From positions 1-50,661 of IMG/VR virus record IMGVR_UViG_3300046719_000014: a stretch of 50,661 nucleotides of DNA. The stretch is one strand, 5' to 3'. Position numbers and translations under genes: made by a program. The notes beneath the pieces are model-generated. The model saw nothing but the letters and a program-made list of their open reading frames with translations, searched no databases and was not told where the DNA came from. Positions 18,672 to 27,822 of the stretch are shown here, piece after piece (the stretch's first letter is position 1; each line of letters starts with the position of its first letter). The stretch is from a virus (lineage: Duplodnaviria > Caudoviricetes).

Positions 18672-19142
18672 ATGCCGCCGAGCACGAAGGCCACACCCGC
18701 CGCGACCCCGCAGGACCAGCCACCCGCCGCGACCGGCGCCGAGCAGCTCTACGAGACGCTCGAGGCGCTCTCAGGCGCTCTTACTGGCGCCGTCGGGGCG
18801 TTTATCTGCCTCTACACGCCGCAGGCCATCGTGTGGCTCGATGGCCCGCCACGTTGGGCCGCGCTGCGCTCGCCCGACGAGGGCATGGCAGAGGCCGCAC
18901 CCGAGGGCGCGACCGCCGATCAGATAGCGATCACCGTCGCGGCGTGTCGCTCGCTTGCGCGGCTGCACAGCTCGCTCGGCTCGCACTACAGCAACCTCGC
19001 CCGCGAGCTGCTCGCGCACCATCACCCCGGGCCCGACGCCCGCATCGAGCTCGACGAGCCCGCGCCTGACGGCATCCTGCCGGGCTGCGATGAGACGTGC
19101 CCGGACTGCGCTGCAGGCCGCGGGCAGCCCAGCACGCACTGA
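18672..19142 (+). CDS. Hypothetical protein, C-terminal Cys cluster
   Basis: TAGTGT 7 nt before the ATG; CDETCPDC. Confidence 0.6.
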   Translation: MPPSTKATPAATPQDQPPAATGAEQLYETLEALSGALTGAVGAFICLYTPQAIVWLDGPPRWAALRSPDEGMAEAAPEGATADQIAITVAACRSLARLHSSLGSHYSNLARELLAHHHPGPDARIELDEPAPDGILPGCDETCPDCAAGRGQPSTH

Positions 19143-19152
19143 CCTCGCCGCG

Positions 19153-19491
19153 TTAGCCGACCTCGCCGACCCCGGGCCCGTCGGCGCACGTCACGCAGCC
19201 GGGCGGCGGCGGCGCTTCGAGCTCGCCCGCCCGCTCGAGCACGTCGGGCATGACCTCGTCGACGCGCTGCGCGAGGTCACGCAGCTCGAGCTGCCGCGTG
19301 CGCTCGAGCTCGAGATAGACAATCGCCACCGCGAGCGCTTGTTTCATGGGGTCAGTGTCGAGCGGCAGACCCTTGCGCGCGCACGCCCAGATCCGCACCT
19401 GCAGCGCGAGACTCAGCTGCCGGATATGCGCTGACATCTCATCGGCTCGCTCCGTCGCGAGCTGCTCGAGCGTGCTCGTGCCGCCACCCAT
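19153..19491 (-). CDS. Hypothetical protein
   Basis: Helical ORF; start uncertain (19491 or 19437). Confidence 0.45.
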   Translation of the reverse strand: MGGGTSTLEQLATERADEMSAHIRQLSLALQVRIWACARKGLPLDTDPMKQALAVAIVYLELERTRQLELRDLAQRVDEVMPDVLERAGELEAPPPPGCVTCADGPGVGEVG

Positions 19492-19577
19492 GCCCGCGCG
19501 TCTACCGCGCACCCGCGGCGCTCGTCTACCCCCCGCCGGCACTTGCAATGCGAGCCGCCCGCCCACGATAGCGGGCA

Positions 19578-20267
19578 ATGACGCCCCGCCGCCTATGGCT
19601 CGAGGTCAAGCTCGAGTTCGACGAGCTCGCCGACCTCGCCGTTGCCGAGCACACCGACCAGCTCGAGCAGCGCCACCAACGCGACGCCCAGCGCAACCGC
19701 GAGAACGTCGCCAAGTGGCGTGTCGAGCAGCGCCTGCGCGGCATCAAGCAGCCACCGCCGACGGCAACCCAGCGCGAGCGCCGCCGCGTGCAGCGGGCCG
19801 CCATCCGCGCTGCCGACCCCGAGCTGCACCGCGCCACCCGACGCGACGAGCACGCAGCCCGCGTCACCCGCGAGCTCGAGGCCATCGCACGCGTGCGTGC
19901 TGCCCACGGCACGGGGCTCGAGCCGACCGCCGCCGACCTCGCACTCGCCGACCGCCGACGCGCGCGCCTCGACCGCATCAACGCCCGCACGCGCGCCAAG
20001 CGCCTAGCCGCAAAGGCCGCCGGCCTACAAGGCCCCCCGCGGGCCCCGAGGACGCCCGAGCAGCTCGCGCAAGCCCGAGCCCGCTACCGTGCCGACGTCG
20101 AGCGCCTGCGAGCTGTCGCGCGCCTGCGAGAACGCGCCAAGCGCGAGGCCGACCCCGTCGCCTACCGCCGCCGCCTCTACGAGTGGCGCAACGCACACCG
20201 CGAGCACGTGCGCGCTCAGAACCGCGGCTATCAAGCCCGCGCCGCCGCCAAGCGCCGCGAGCGCTGA
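19578..20267 (+). CDS. Arg-rich helical hypothetical protein
   Basis: Basic coiled repeats (YRRRLYEWRNAHREHVR); no HNH motif seen. Confidence 0.6.
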   Translation: MTPRRLWLEVKLEFDELADLAVAEHTDQLEQRHQRDAQRNRENVAKWRVEQRLRGIKQPPPTATQRERRRVQRAAIRAADPELHRATRRDEHAARVTRELEAIARVRAAHGTGLEPTAADLALADRRRARLDRINARTRAKRLAAKAAGLQGPPRAPRTPEQLAQARARYRADVERLRAVARLRERAKREADPVAYRRRLYEWRNAHREHVRAQNRGYQARAAAKRRER

Positions 20268-20331
20268 CCTGCCCGGCAGCTGCCCGCATTCCGTAGCCTC
20301 TCGCTCGCCCCTCGACCGCGCGCGAAATATC

Positions 20332-20361
20332 TTGACAGCCTGTTTTGGCCATCGATACGCT
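20332..20361 (+). promoter_or_regulatory. Sigma70-like promoter
   Basis: TTGACA-N18-TACGCT. Confidence 0.75.
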
Positions 20362-20367
20362 CGCGCT

Positions 20368-20491
20368 GCGCGTCTTAAGCCGACGGACGACGCGTCAAGA
20401 GGCGAGAGTTTTCCGTCTCTTTCCGGTGATTCGGACAATCAAGAGGGCGCGTCACAGCGCCGATCGTGGCGAGGCGCTCTGCCTCGCTTTT
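20368..20491 (+). ncRNA. Candidate ~125-nt five-hairpin small RNA
   Basis: Own promoter; five consecutive stems; ends in a GC hairpin plus TTTT. Confidence 0.55.
20469..20491 (+). terminator. Putative intrinsic terminator
   Basis: gcgaggc-gctct-gcctcgc-tttt. Confidence 0.6.
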
Positions 20492-20496
20492 GCGCA

Positions 20497-20616
20497 TCTA
20501 GGACGCGCGTAGGTGTACGTCGCGACGCCTCAAACCCGCAGAGCCGCCCCAACATGGGAACGTCTAGGACGCGCGTAGGTGTACGGAACGAGCCACAGCT
20601 GCACGCGTAGGTGTAC
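20497..20616. repeat. Iteron-like direct repeats
   Basis: tctaggacgcgcgtaggtgtacg at 20497-20519 and 20563-20585; 13-bp core cgcgtaggtgtac again at 20604-20616. Confidence 0.85.
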
Positions 20617-20652
20617 AGCGAGCCCCGCAAATCAAGCCCGAGCAGCCAACCC

Positions 20653-21054
20653 ATGACACGCCCCGCCGCCAAGCTTGCCCCGACGCCCCGCCCGAAGCCC
20701 GCCAAGCGCGCCCGCTCGCGCAAGCTCAAGCCGATCAAGCAGGCGCGCTCGCAGGCCGTTGCCTCGACCGCTCGGCGTTTGAGCGCGCTCGACGTAACGC
20801 GGGCGTGGCTGTTCGACACCCGCCACGAGACCGTCGGCACCGTGCTTGCGCTGCTCGAGCTGCCGACCCCGGGCAAGCCGGCCACAAAGCGCCACGTCGT
20901 GCGGGCACGGTTCGGCGGCGAGCTGTCCCCGCTATGGGTTGAGTTTCCCTCGCGCGAGGCCGCCGAGGGCTGGGTTGCGCACTACTTCCCTTATCTGCTG
21001 CCCGAAGCGCCCAAACCGCCGGCGCACGTCGCCGTTGTCATCACGTGGCGTTAG
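20653..21054 (+). CDS. Hypothetical protein, basic N-terminus
   Basis: Typical codon usage; converges on the rep-like gene. Confidence 0.55.
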   Translation: MTRPAAKLAPTPRPKPAKRARSRKLKPIKQARSQAVASTARRLSALDVTRAWLFDTRHETVGTVLALLELPTPGKPATKRHVVRARFGGELSPLWVEFPSREAAEGWVAHYFPYLLPEAPKPPAHVAVVITWR

Positions 21055-21869
21055 CGCCACCGCGAGACCAGCGCACCGAGCGAGCTCGAGCCGCGACCCG
21101 CAGGGATCACACGTGCGGGTGGCTTGAGCCGACTTACGACAACTGACGCGGGCGGCGCAGTCGCAGCGGGCGGCGCAGTCGCGGCGCGAGCGACCTCTGC
21201 ATAAAGCGCCTCGTGCGCGGGCCATGGCGGCTCTCGGTCCGTCCATGGTTCGAGCTCGAGCACCGGCACCGGCGCACCGAGCGGAACGAGCCGCTGCCGC
21301 TCGAGCCCGAGCTGCACGCCGCCCGCAGCCGCGAGCTCGAGCAGCGCCCGCGTGACATTGCGTTTGAGGTCCCGCCGGCCTATCCGCCGCGCGAGGTCCT
21401 CACGCATACACGGCATGCGGTTAGCCGCATGCATGAGGTCAAACCAGCTCGCGAGCGGCTCGAGCCGCAGCGCCTGCCGACGCCCAGCGTGCAGCAGCAC
21501 CGCGCCCCCTTCGAGCTCGAGCGACAGCTTGTAGAGCTCGCACAGCTCATACGGCGCGGCATCGTCACCCGTCGCTCGCAGATGCTGGCCCGCCACCTCG
21601 TGCCGCGCGAGCTCGTCGAGCCGTCGGGCGATGAGCTGCCGATCGCGGCTCGGGTTGCCTCGCAGCTGCAGGCGCTCGCGCAGCTCGCCGAGCCGCAGCA
21701 CCACCGCACCACCGACCGCAGCCCCGCTCGCCAGCGCCACCGCAGCCCCGAAGACGTTGGCGTGCCCGTGCCCGAGCGCACCGCGCCCGAGCAGCCGCCG
21801 AGAGCTGAACGCATGTTGCGTAACCCACGCGCGCGGCAGCACGAGCAGCCCCTCGCTCACCGTCGGCAT
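21051..21869 (-). CDS. Putative plasmid replication initiator (TrfA-like winged helix)
   Basis: C-terminal RRQAL..LASWF..HAANRMPC.REDLARRIG..KRNVTRALLELAAAG resembles the TrfA-family C-terminus; start uncertain. Confidence 0.5.
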   Translation of the reverse strand: MPTVSEGLLVLPRAWVTQHAFSSRRLLGRGALGHGHANVFGAAVALASGAAVGGAVVLRLGELRERLQLRGNPSRDRQLIARRLDELARHEVAGQHLRATGDDAAPYELCELYKLSLELEGGAVLLHAGRRQALRLEPLASWFDLMHAANRMPCMREDLARRIGRRDLKRNVTRALLELAAAGGVQLGLERQRLVPLGAPVPVLELEPWTDREPPWPAHEALYAEVARAATAPPAATAPPASVVVSRLKPPARVIPAGRGSSSLGALVSRWR

Positions 21870-22094
21870 CGCGCACACGTGGCTGCGCTGTGCTTTGTCG
21901 ACGAGGCTATTGATTCTAGCTAAGGCGGGCAGTATAGATGTGGGCACGTTGCCTTCGACTGGTGAACTCAGTTGCTGGCTTCCGGGATCGCCCTGACAGA
22001 TTGTGGTCTGTCGCGCTCCCAAGGGTCCCGAGCCGTTCTAGCGGCGCGGGACTGGTCTATGCGGTGTGTGGGTTAGCTCGTGGCTCCTGCGCTA

Positions 22095-22173
22095 CCACGG
22101 GCTCGCGCCCGTCGTCCACATGTTAACGCCAGCATAGCGACGCCCGCCCCCAGTTTATCCACGGGCTCGCGCC
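22095..22173. promoter_or_regulatory. 15-bp direct repeat with DnaA-box-like site upstream of the rep-like gene
   Basis: ccacgggctcgcgcc at 22095 and 22159; TTATCCACG at 22155-22163 (8/9 to TTATCCACA). Confidence 0.5.
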
Positions 22174-22826
22174 GTCCGTCTGACTGTTTGCCGATCGGCG
22201 ACAGCATCGACCGCGAGCCGCCGGGCTCGCTCCATGCGCGTGTGCCTCGTGAATGACAGCGCCCACGTCGCTGGGTTGCATGCCCACGCGCTCGAGGTGC
22301 CGCCGTATCGGAGGTCCCACTGCACCGCGAACGATTCGCGGTGCAGTGGGCAACCGTTGCCAAGACAGATCGTGTTCCAGGTGTCATGCGCCGGGCATCT
22401 GACACCCTGACAGCCCAATTCGAGATCGGTCGCATCATGCAACCGCGCGAGCCGCACCCGGTACAGCAAGAGCCACAACCGCGCCGCGTGCTCTGGCATC
22501 GACTTAGCCGAACACCACTGTTGCCCCACGGGCAGCGTGCCCCCGTCTCGCCTATAGCGCGTGCGCCCGTCGCTCGCAGTCGACCACTGCTCGCGCACGT
22601 AGAGCCAATCACCGACTCGCCCAAACGGACAGCGCCCGCGTTTGAGTACGTTTGTACCGATCGCCCGCACAACCACCGACGCGGGACCCTGCGACACCTC
22701 GCCGCACTGCAGCTGCTCGAGCTCGTAGCCTTCGGGCACTCGCACCGGCAGCCACAGCTGCGAACGCTCGCCCGCTGCGAGTTGCCGCAGAACGCCACGC
22801 GAGACCGTGATTGCGAAGTCAGCCAT
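22155..22826 (-). CDS. ASCH/PUA-like conserved phage protein
   Basis: CPFGRVGDWLYVREQW, SMPEHAARLWL..VRLARLHD, W..NPATWALSF. Confidence 0.8.
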   Translation of the reverse strand: MADFAITVSRGVLRQLAAGERSQLWLPVRVPEGYELEQLQCGEVSQGPASVVVRAIGTNVLKRGRCPFGRVGDWLYVREQWSTASDGRTRYRRDGGTLPVGQQWCSAKSMPEHAARLWLLLYRVRLARLHDATDLELGCQGVRCPAHDTWNTICLGNGCPLHRESFAVQWDLRYGGTSSAWACNPATWALSFTRHTRMERARRLAVDAVADRQTVRRTARARG

Positions 22827-23003
22827 AGAGGACCCTCACAGGCCACTAGCACACCTAAGCGACCTTACGGTCATGGCATGCGCTTACAGACCGCATTCTC
22901 GCCACGATTACTTGATTGACACCTACACTCACCCACTCACTTTTAGGGCTGCCCGCCACGACCGCGAGACGACAGCTGCGCAGTGTGGCACTACGGTGCT
23001 CCG

Positions 23004-23390
23004 ATGGCGGGGGTACACATCGAACCGGGTCGAATCTACTACATTACGTGGCCCAACTTCCGCGGGGCCACAACGCGACCCCCACGCGACGTAGACCCCG
23101 CATGGCTGGTAGCCATGCTCGCGGGCCGTACGCGCGCCAGGACGTTACCCGAGCTAGCCGGACATATAGGCGTTCTAGAGCCGTGCGAAAGCACCGGATA
23201 TGACGACGCGGGCAGCCGCGTGCTGTGCAACGTCGACCGCTACCACACGGCCCATTTTGCGCTACATCTCGCCCGCGCCATCGTCGAGCGGCACAAGTAT
23301 GCGGGCTCCGTCGCGGGCGTCATGCACGCGCTGCTCGCCCGCTACCATCCCGAGATGGCGCAGCCCTACAAACCTAGCGCCGCGTCCTAG
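23004..23390 (+). CDS. Hypothetical protein
   Basis: TACGGT 6 nt before the ATG; lower-GC codon usage. Confidence 0.5.
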   Translation: MAGVHIEPGRIYYITWPNFRGATTRPPRDVDPAWLVAMLAGRTRARTLPELAGHIGVLEPCESTGYDDAGSRVLCNVDRYHTAHFALHLARAIVERHKYAGSVAGVMHALLARYHPEMAQPYKPSAAS

Positions 23391-24672
23391 ACCCCGGCGG
23401 GCTGCGCCGCGGGGGCTCAGACTGGTCGCTCGGCGGCGCGGATGCAGGCACCTTCGGCGGGCGAGACCGTGAGACCTCTGACACCTCGCGCGCAATCAGC
23501 TCGTCTATCTCGTCGTCCGACAGCGACCGCCCGCCCACGGCGCGCGACGCATCCATCATGCGTGCATATGCCTCGCGTGCCCGCGCGAGCCCATCGGGCT
23601 GCGAGCTGTCCGGCGCTGCCGGCTCGGGCTCGGGCGCGGGACGCGTTACAGGCGCTGCAGCTCGCCGCTGCGACGCCACCGCCGCCGGCTCGGGCGCTGC
23701 AGGCGCTGCAGGCCGGCGCTGTGCCGCCACCGGCGAGGGGCGCCATCTGACTAACCGCTGCGCGTCGTGCTCGAGCTCGTCGGCGACGGCTGCGCGCTCG
23801 TCACTGTCATCGTCAGTCTCGTCGTCAGCGGCGGCGTCGGCATCGTCTGTCGCTGCGCCCGTCTCGTCAGCCAGCGACGCGGCCATGTCTAGCGCTTCGA
23901 TGACCCGGCGCCGCTCGGCGGCACCCGTGAGCTCGTCGACCACCTCGCGCACGCATTCTGCCCACGCGTCCGCTTCATCGTCTGACGCCAGCTCGATCAG
24001 CCGCTGGCCCACCCGCTGCGCGAGCGCCGCATCGTCGCGCACACCGCGCTCGAGGTGCTCGCGCAACATGCCGTGCGCGGCCAGCGCCGCCCAGCCACGC
24101 AGCGCCCGCTGCGCCGTATCCCTGCCGGGCCCGTGCTTTGGGATCTCCAAGTCGGGCCCGCGCCGCAGCGCGAGCAGTGACTGCGCCAGCGCTACATCGA
24201 GCGGCAGCTTGCCGAGCCCCTTGGCATCATCGGCATCGTCGCCACCCGTCCAACGCTCGGCGGCGAGGTGCTCGAGCCGCGCGGGCACTTGCGCCGAGCC
24301 GTAGACCGTCGAGCAGCCGATCATCACCACATACGAGCGCACCACCGCGCGCAGCGTCTCGTCGCTCGGCGGCACCCGCCCCTCGACCACCGCCCGCGCG
24401 CCCGCCTGACCTTGCCTGCCGAACACGACCTGCTCAAGTGGGTAATCAAGCAGCAGCGCCACCGCTATCAGCTGCCGCAAGTCGGGGTCTCTCTCTCCGG
24501 TGCACCACGCCACGACCGTCGAGCCGTGGACGCCGAGAGCCCGCGCAAACTTGTGCCGTGAGAAGCCGCGGCTGATATGCGCCGCCCATATCCGGCGCTG
24601 CATTGTCGCTTCGCCCATCGCATCGGTGCCCGTAGGCGCTTCGAGATCGGAGATTCTAAGCCGCAGCGCCAT
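23374..24672 (-). CDS. CI-like repressor: N-terminal XRE HTH with long C-terminal extension
   Basis: RGFSRHKFARALGVHGSTVVAWCTGERDPDLRQLIAVA; AGGAGG RBS; divergent from the cro-like gene. Confidence 0.75.
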   Translation of the reverse strand: MALRLRISDLEAPTGTDAMGEATMQRRIWAAHISRGFSRHKFARALGVHGSTVVAWCTGERDPDLRQLIAVALLLDYPLEQVVFGRQGQAGARAVVEGRVPPSDETLRAVVRSYVVMIGCSTVYGSAQVPARLEHLAAERWTGGDDADDAKGLGKLPLDVALAQSLLALRRGPDLEIPKHGPGRDTAQRALRGWAALAAHGMLREHLERGVRDDAALAQRVGQRLIELASDDEADAWAECVREVVDELTGAAERRRVIEALDMAASLADETGAATDDADAAADDETDDDSDERAAVADELEHDAQRLVRWRPSPVAAQRRPAAPAAPEPAAVASQRRAAAPVTRPAPEPEPAAPDSSQPDGLARAREAYARMMDASRAVGGRSLSDDEIDELIAREVSEVSRSRPPKVPASAPPSDQSEPPRRSPPGSRTRR

Positions 24673-24939
24673 TAAGTGGTTCCTCCTGACAACGTTGGAG
24701 CATCTGCTCGAGCGGATAACCGTTTAGAGCATCGTCGGTCAACGGTTTATGAGCGACAAACGGCACGCGAGCTAGCCTAGATTGGCCATAGTCAGTTAAA
24801 AACGACCAGCAGCACCGCCACCCGTGGCGGTGCCTACATGTACGCAGCACTCGCTCGAGCGCATGCTCGCTGGATATCTAACTGTTAGACGCGGCTAGAA
24901 GCTTGCTCGATTGCTCACTGAGCATTTAGGCTCGCACCT
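24673..24939. promoter_or_regulatory. Lysis/lysogeny switch region with operator-like palindromes
   Basis: gagcatctgctc 24698-24709, tctaactgttaga 24877-24889, tgctcactgagca 24912-24924 inside TTGCTC-N18-TAGGCT; hairpin 24812-24833. Confidence 0.7.
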
Positions 24940-25179
24940 ATGACGCTCCGCGAGTGGTTCGATTCCGCCGGACTCGGCTCCATATCTCGCCTGCATGGGC
25001 GAACCGGCATCGCGTGCTCGACGCTGCGACGCATCGCGGCAGGCTCGAGCTACCCGCACAGCTCGACGGCGCGCAGCATCGCAGAGGCTACGGAACAAGC
25101 AGTGTCCGTCGAGGCTATCTACCGCGTTTGCAAGCGTCGCCGACGCGAGCGCGAGCGCGAGCTGCGCGCAGCCAACTAA
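24940..25179 (+). CDS. Cro-like HTH regulator
   Basis: MTLREWF..SRLHGRTGIACSTLRRIAAG..P..ARSIAEATEQAVS. Confidence 0.8.
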   Translation: MTLREWFDSAGLGSISRLHGRTGIACSTLRRIAAGSSYPHSSTARSIAEATEQAVSVEAIYRVCKRRRRERERELRAAN

Positions 25180-25250
25180 CGCCGCCGCCTCGCTGCGCGC
25201 TCGAGCCGCTGCCCGCTCGCGCAGTCGGGGCTCGCTGCTCGGCTCATCCC

Positions 25251-26246
25251 ATGAGCGCACGACCCCCGAGGCCAATGCACGACTATGTCAAGGTTCACGA
25301 CACATACTACGGGCCCGACTCGCCGCTCGATGGCGTCGGGCGCTCGCTGCTAACCACGCTGCTACACCTCGCTCGCATGCACGCCCAGCGCATGCGCGCT
25401 GCGAGCGTCGCGTGCACCGCCACCGTGACAGTCACGCGCGACGCATGCGTGACTGTCACGCCCAACGAGCAGCGCGAGCCCGTGCCCATTGCGTGGTGCA
25501 ATGGTGCACCGCTCAGCGTCCGTCAGATTGCAGCGGCAGCCGGGCTCACGAGCCGTCAGACAAAACGCGCGCTCGAGCGCCTGCAGGCCATCGGCGAGAT
25601 CACCCCTATCGACGGCGGCGGTGTAGCTCTTCTCGGCTACTGGCGCACGCAAGAGACGCCCGCAGCCGCCCGCAAGCGCCGCTCGCGCGCCCGAGCTCGA
25701 GCGCTCGACGCCCGCGCAGACGCCGCTCGCGATCGCCCCATGACGGGGCTAGAGCCCACCGAGCAGAATCAAGCAAACGAGACCCCGGCACAGCGTGACA
25801 GTCACACGCTAAGTCACACCGACAGTCACGCACCCGGTCACGCGCAGAGTCACGCCCGCGTCGCGCCGCTGCCGAGCGCTGCAGCCGCGCACGACGCAGA
25901 CATTGCCCGCGGGCGCGCATGGCTCGACCAGCTTTGTCAGACGCTGTTTACGAGGCCGGCCCCCTACCCCGGCACGCACCACGAGCGAGACGCCTATGCC
26001 GAGCTCGGGCGCAAGTCGCTTGTAGACCTAAGGCGCGTCGCAGCCACCATCACGCGGCTCGTGCGCGCTCGCCCCGACCTGCAGGTTGCGCACTACTACA
26101 CCGCCGGGCACGTGCTGCGGTACTGGCTCGAGTATCTCGCGGGCGAGAGCCCGAGCTCGCGGGCTCAGCGGCGCGAGCAGCCCGGCCGCTCCGTGCCGCT
26201 GCGACCAGCCACCGCCGCAGAGCTCGCGGCAGAGGCCGTGTTATGA
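25251..26246 (+). CDS. Phage replication initiator (lambda O / replisome-organiser-like)
   Basis: HTH (LSVRQIAAAAGLTSRQTKRALERL), YWRTQE..ARKRRSRAR, internal iteron-like repeats; upstream of a DnaC-like gene. Confidence 0.7.
   Translation: MSARPPRPMHDYVKVHDTYYGPDSPLDGVGRSLLTTLLHLARMHAQRMRAASVACTATVTVTRDACVTVTPNEQREPVPIAWCNGAPLSVRQIAAAAGLTSRQTKRALERLQAIGEITPIDGGGVALLGYWRTQETPAAARKRRSRARARALDARADAARDRPMTGLEPTEQNQANETPAQRDSHTLSHTDSHAPGHAQSHARVAPLPSAAAAHDADIARGRAWLDQLCQTLFTRPAPYPGTHHERDAYAELGRKSLVDLRRVAATITRLVRARPDLQVAHYYTAGHVLRYWLEYLAGESPSSRAQRREQPGRSVPLRPATAAELAAEAVL
25795..25853. repeat. Intragenic 12-bp-period GTCAC repeats (candidate lytic origin)
   Basis: gtcac at 25801, 25813, 25825, 25837, 25849. 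Confidence 0.75.
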
Positions 26247-26956
26247 CCTCGCGTCGCGACTCCCCGCCGGCCTCTGTCGCGTCGCTCATGCCGACCGCCA
26301 AGCAGCGGCTGCGTGAGGTGCTCGAGCAGTGCGCCCGCGTCGTCACGAGCGGCGGGCCCCCGCCGAGCCCACCCGCGCCGCCACCCGACCCCGCCGCCCG
26401 CGCCCGCGCTCGCAAGCTGGCTCGCCGCCGGCAGCTCGAGCAGCTTGGCGTCGGGCTCACGCCTCGCATGCTCGAGCTGCTCGCAGCCGACCAGCTGCCG
26501 AGCAGCTTGCCGCTCGATGCCGTGCGTGAGTGGTATGACGACCCCGATCGCCGCCGCGTGCTCGTGCTCTGCGCGAGTGTCGGCTCGGGCAAGACCGTTG
26601 CGGGCGCTGCGCTCGCGCTCGAGCACACCGCGAGTCTATGGGCGACCCCTCGTGCGCTCCTGCAGGCTCACGGCACGCTATACGGCGACGAGGGCGCACG
26701 CTGGCAACGTCTCGCGCAGGCGCCGCTGCTCATCGTAGACGGGCTCGGCGGCGAAGAAACCCGCCACCATGCCCAAGTGTCGCTCGCGCTGCGCGAGCTG
26801 CTCGAGGCGCGCTCAGCTCGCGATACACTCATCACGAGCTACGTCTCGCGCGGGCAGCTCAAGACGACCTACGCGCATGGAGCGCTCGGCTCGCTGCTCG
26901 ACGAGCTCGCGCTGCAGCTCACCGTCGCGGGCCCCGACTTGCGGGGCAAACCATGA
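26243..26956 (+). CDS. DnaC/IstB-like helicase loader ATPase
   Basis: Walker A ASVGSGKT, Walker B-like LLIVDGLG, TLITS. Confidence 0.8.
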   Translation: MTSRRDSPPASVASLMPTAKQRLREVLEQCARVVTSGGPPPSPPAPPPDPAARARARKLARRRQLEQLGVGLTPRMLELLAADQLPSSLPLDAVREWYDDPDRRRVLVLCASVGSGKTVAGAALALEHTASLWATPRALLQAHGTLYGDEGARWQRLAQAPLLIVDGLGGEETRHHAQVSLALRELLEARSARDTLITSYVSRGQLKTTYAHGALGSLLDELALQLTVAGPDLRGKP

Positions 26957-27198
26957 TCCGCGTGTGCCCGCGCTGCCTCCTGCGTACCGGGCAGCGCGTC
27001 GTTATGCGCGTCGACCACAGCTGCGCCGACCTCGACCGCGCCTGCGCTCACTGCCGGCGCAGTCTCTACGTAGACGTGCAGCGCATCGACGCTCGCGGCT
27101 CATTCTCAGTCTGCAACCCGTGCGGCTGTTTCTACGCACCCACCGCCACGCCCAACGTCACGCCCCGCGCAACCCCTGCCCCCATGAGCCGCCCATGA
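26953..27198 (+). CDS. Small Cys-rich (Zn-finger) protein
   Basis: CPRC, CAHC, CNPCGC; ATGA overlaps at both ends. Confidence 0.6.
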   Translation: MIRVCPRCLLRTGQRVVMRVDHSCADLDRACAHCRRSLYVDVQRIDARGSFSVCNPCGCFYAPTATPNVTPRATPAPMSRP

Positions 27199-27812
27199 CT
27201 GCACGCGTTCTGCCGTTCTTGCGCCCCTCGCGCACCCCGCGTCGCGGGCTCAACTTCAAGCGCAGCGAGGCGCGCGACTTTCCGACGCAGCGCCCGCTCG
27301 ACATCGTGCTGCTCGCCGTGGACGTAGCGAGCACGTCGGGCACCGCCCGCTATACGCGCGGCAAGCTGCACGACTTCGGAGAGTTGGAGATAGACGCAGA
27401 CGAGCACCGGCATGTACTCATGCGCTCAACCGTCGAGCTCGCAGGGCAGCTCGGGCTGCCGCTCGCGCTCGCGCTCGAGATACCCTACGGCGGGCCCATA
27501 AGCTCCGTCGTGCGCCTGCGCGAGCACGTCGCGGTCTGGCGCGCTGCGTGGCGCTACAGCGGCGGGCCCGCGCACCATGTCATCGAGTACACCGCGGCAG
27601 AGTGGCGGGCGCGGTGCTTTGGGCTCGGCACGCTCAAGCGCGAGGACGCCCGCCGGCTCGAGCTGCGCGCAGCCTATGGGCTCTTAGAGCGGGCGCGGCT
27701 CGCACACACCCTGCTCACCCCCGACGCCGCCGCTGCCATCTGCATCGGACACGTCGCATCTACGAGCGGCATCCTGTACGCGCGCACGAAGTGCCGCATC
27801 ACCAACCCATGA
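27195..27812 (+). CDS. RuvC-like Holliday junction resolvase
   Basis: LLAVDVASTSG, LALEIP, AEWR, PDAAAAICIG. Confidence 0.7.
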   Translation: MTARVLPFLRPSRTPRRGLNFKRSEARDFPTQRPLDIVLLAVDVASTSGTARYTRGKLHDFGELEIDADEHRHVLMRSTVELAGQLGLPLALALEIPYGGPISSVVRLREHVAVWRAAWRYSGGPAHHVIEYTAAEWRARCFGLGTLKREDARRLELRAAYGLLERARLAHTLLTPDAAAAICIGHVASTSGILYARTKCRITNP

Positions 27813-27822
27813 GGCGCTCACC

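Noticed and set aside
19578-20267. HNH homing endonuclease
   Set aside because: It has the basic helical repeats often seen before HNH domains, but no HNH or CxxC catalytic motif.
20497-20616. Mini CRISPR array
   Set aside because: Only two full 23-bp copies plus a partial third, unequal spacing, no internal hairpin and no cas genes. An iteron or operator reading fits better.
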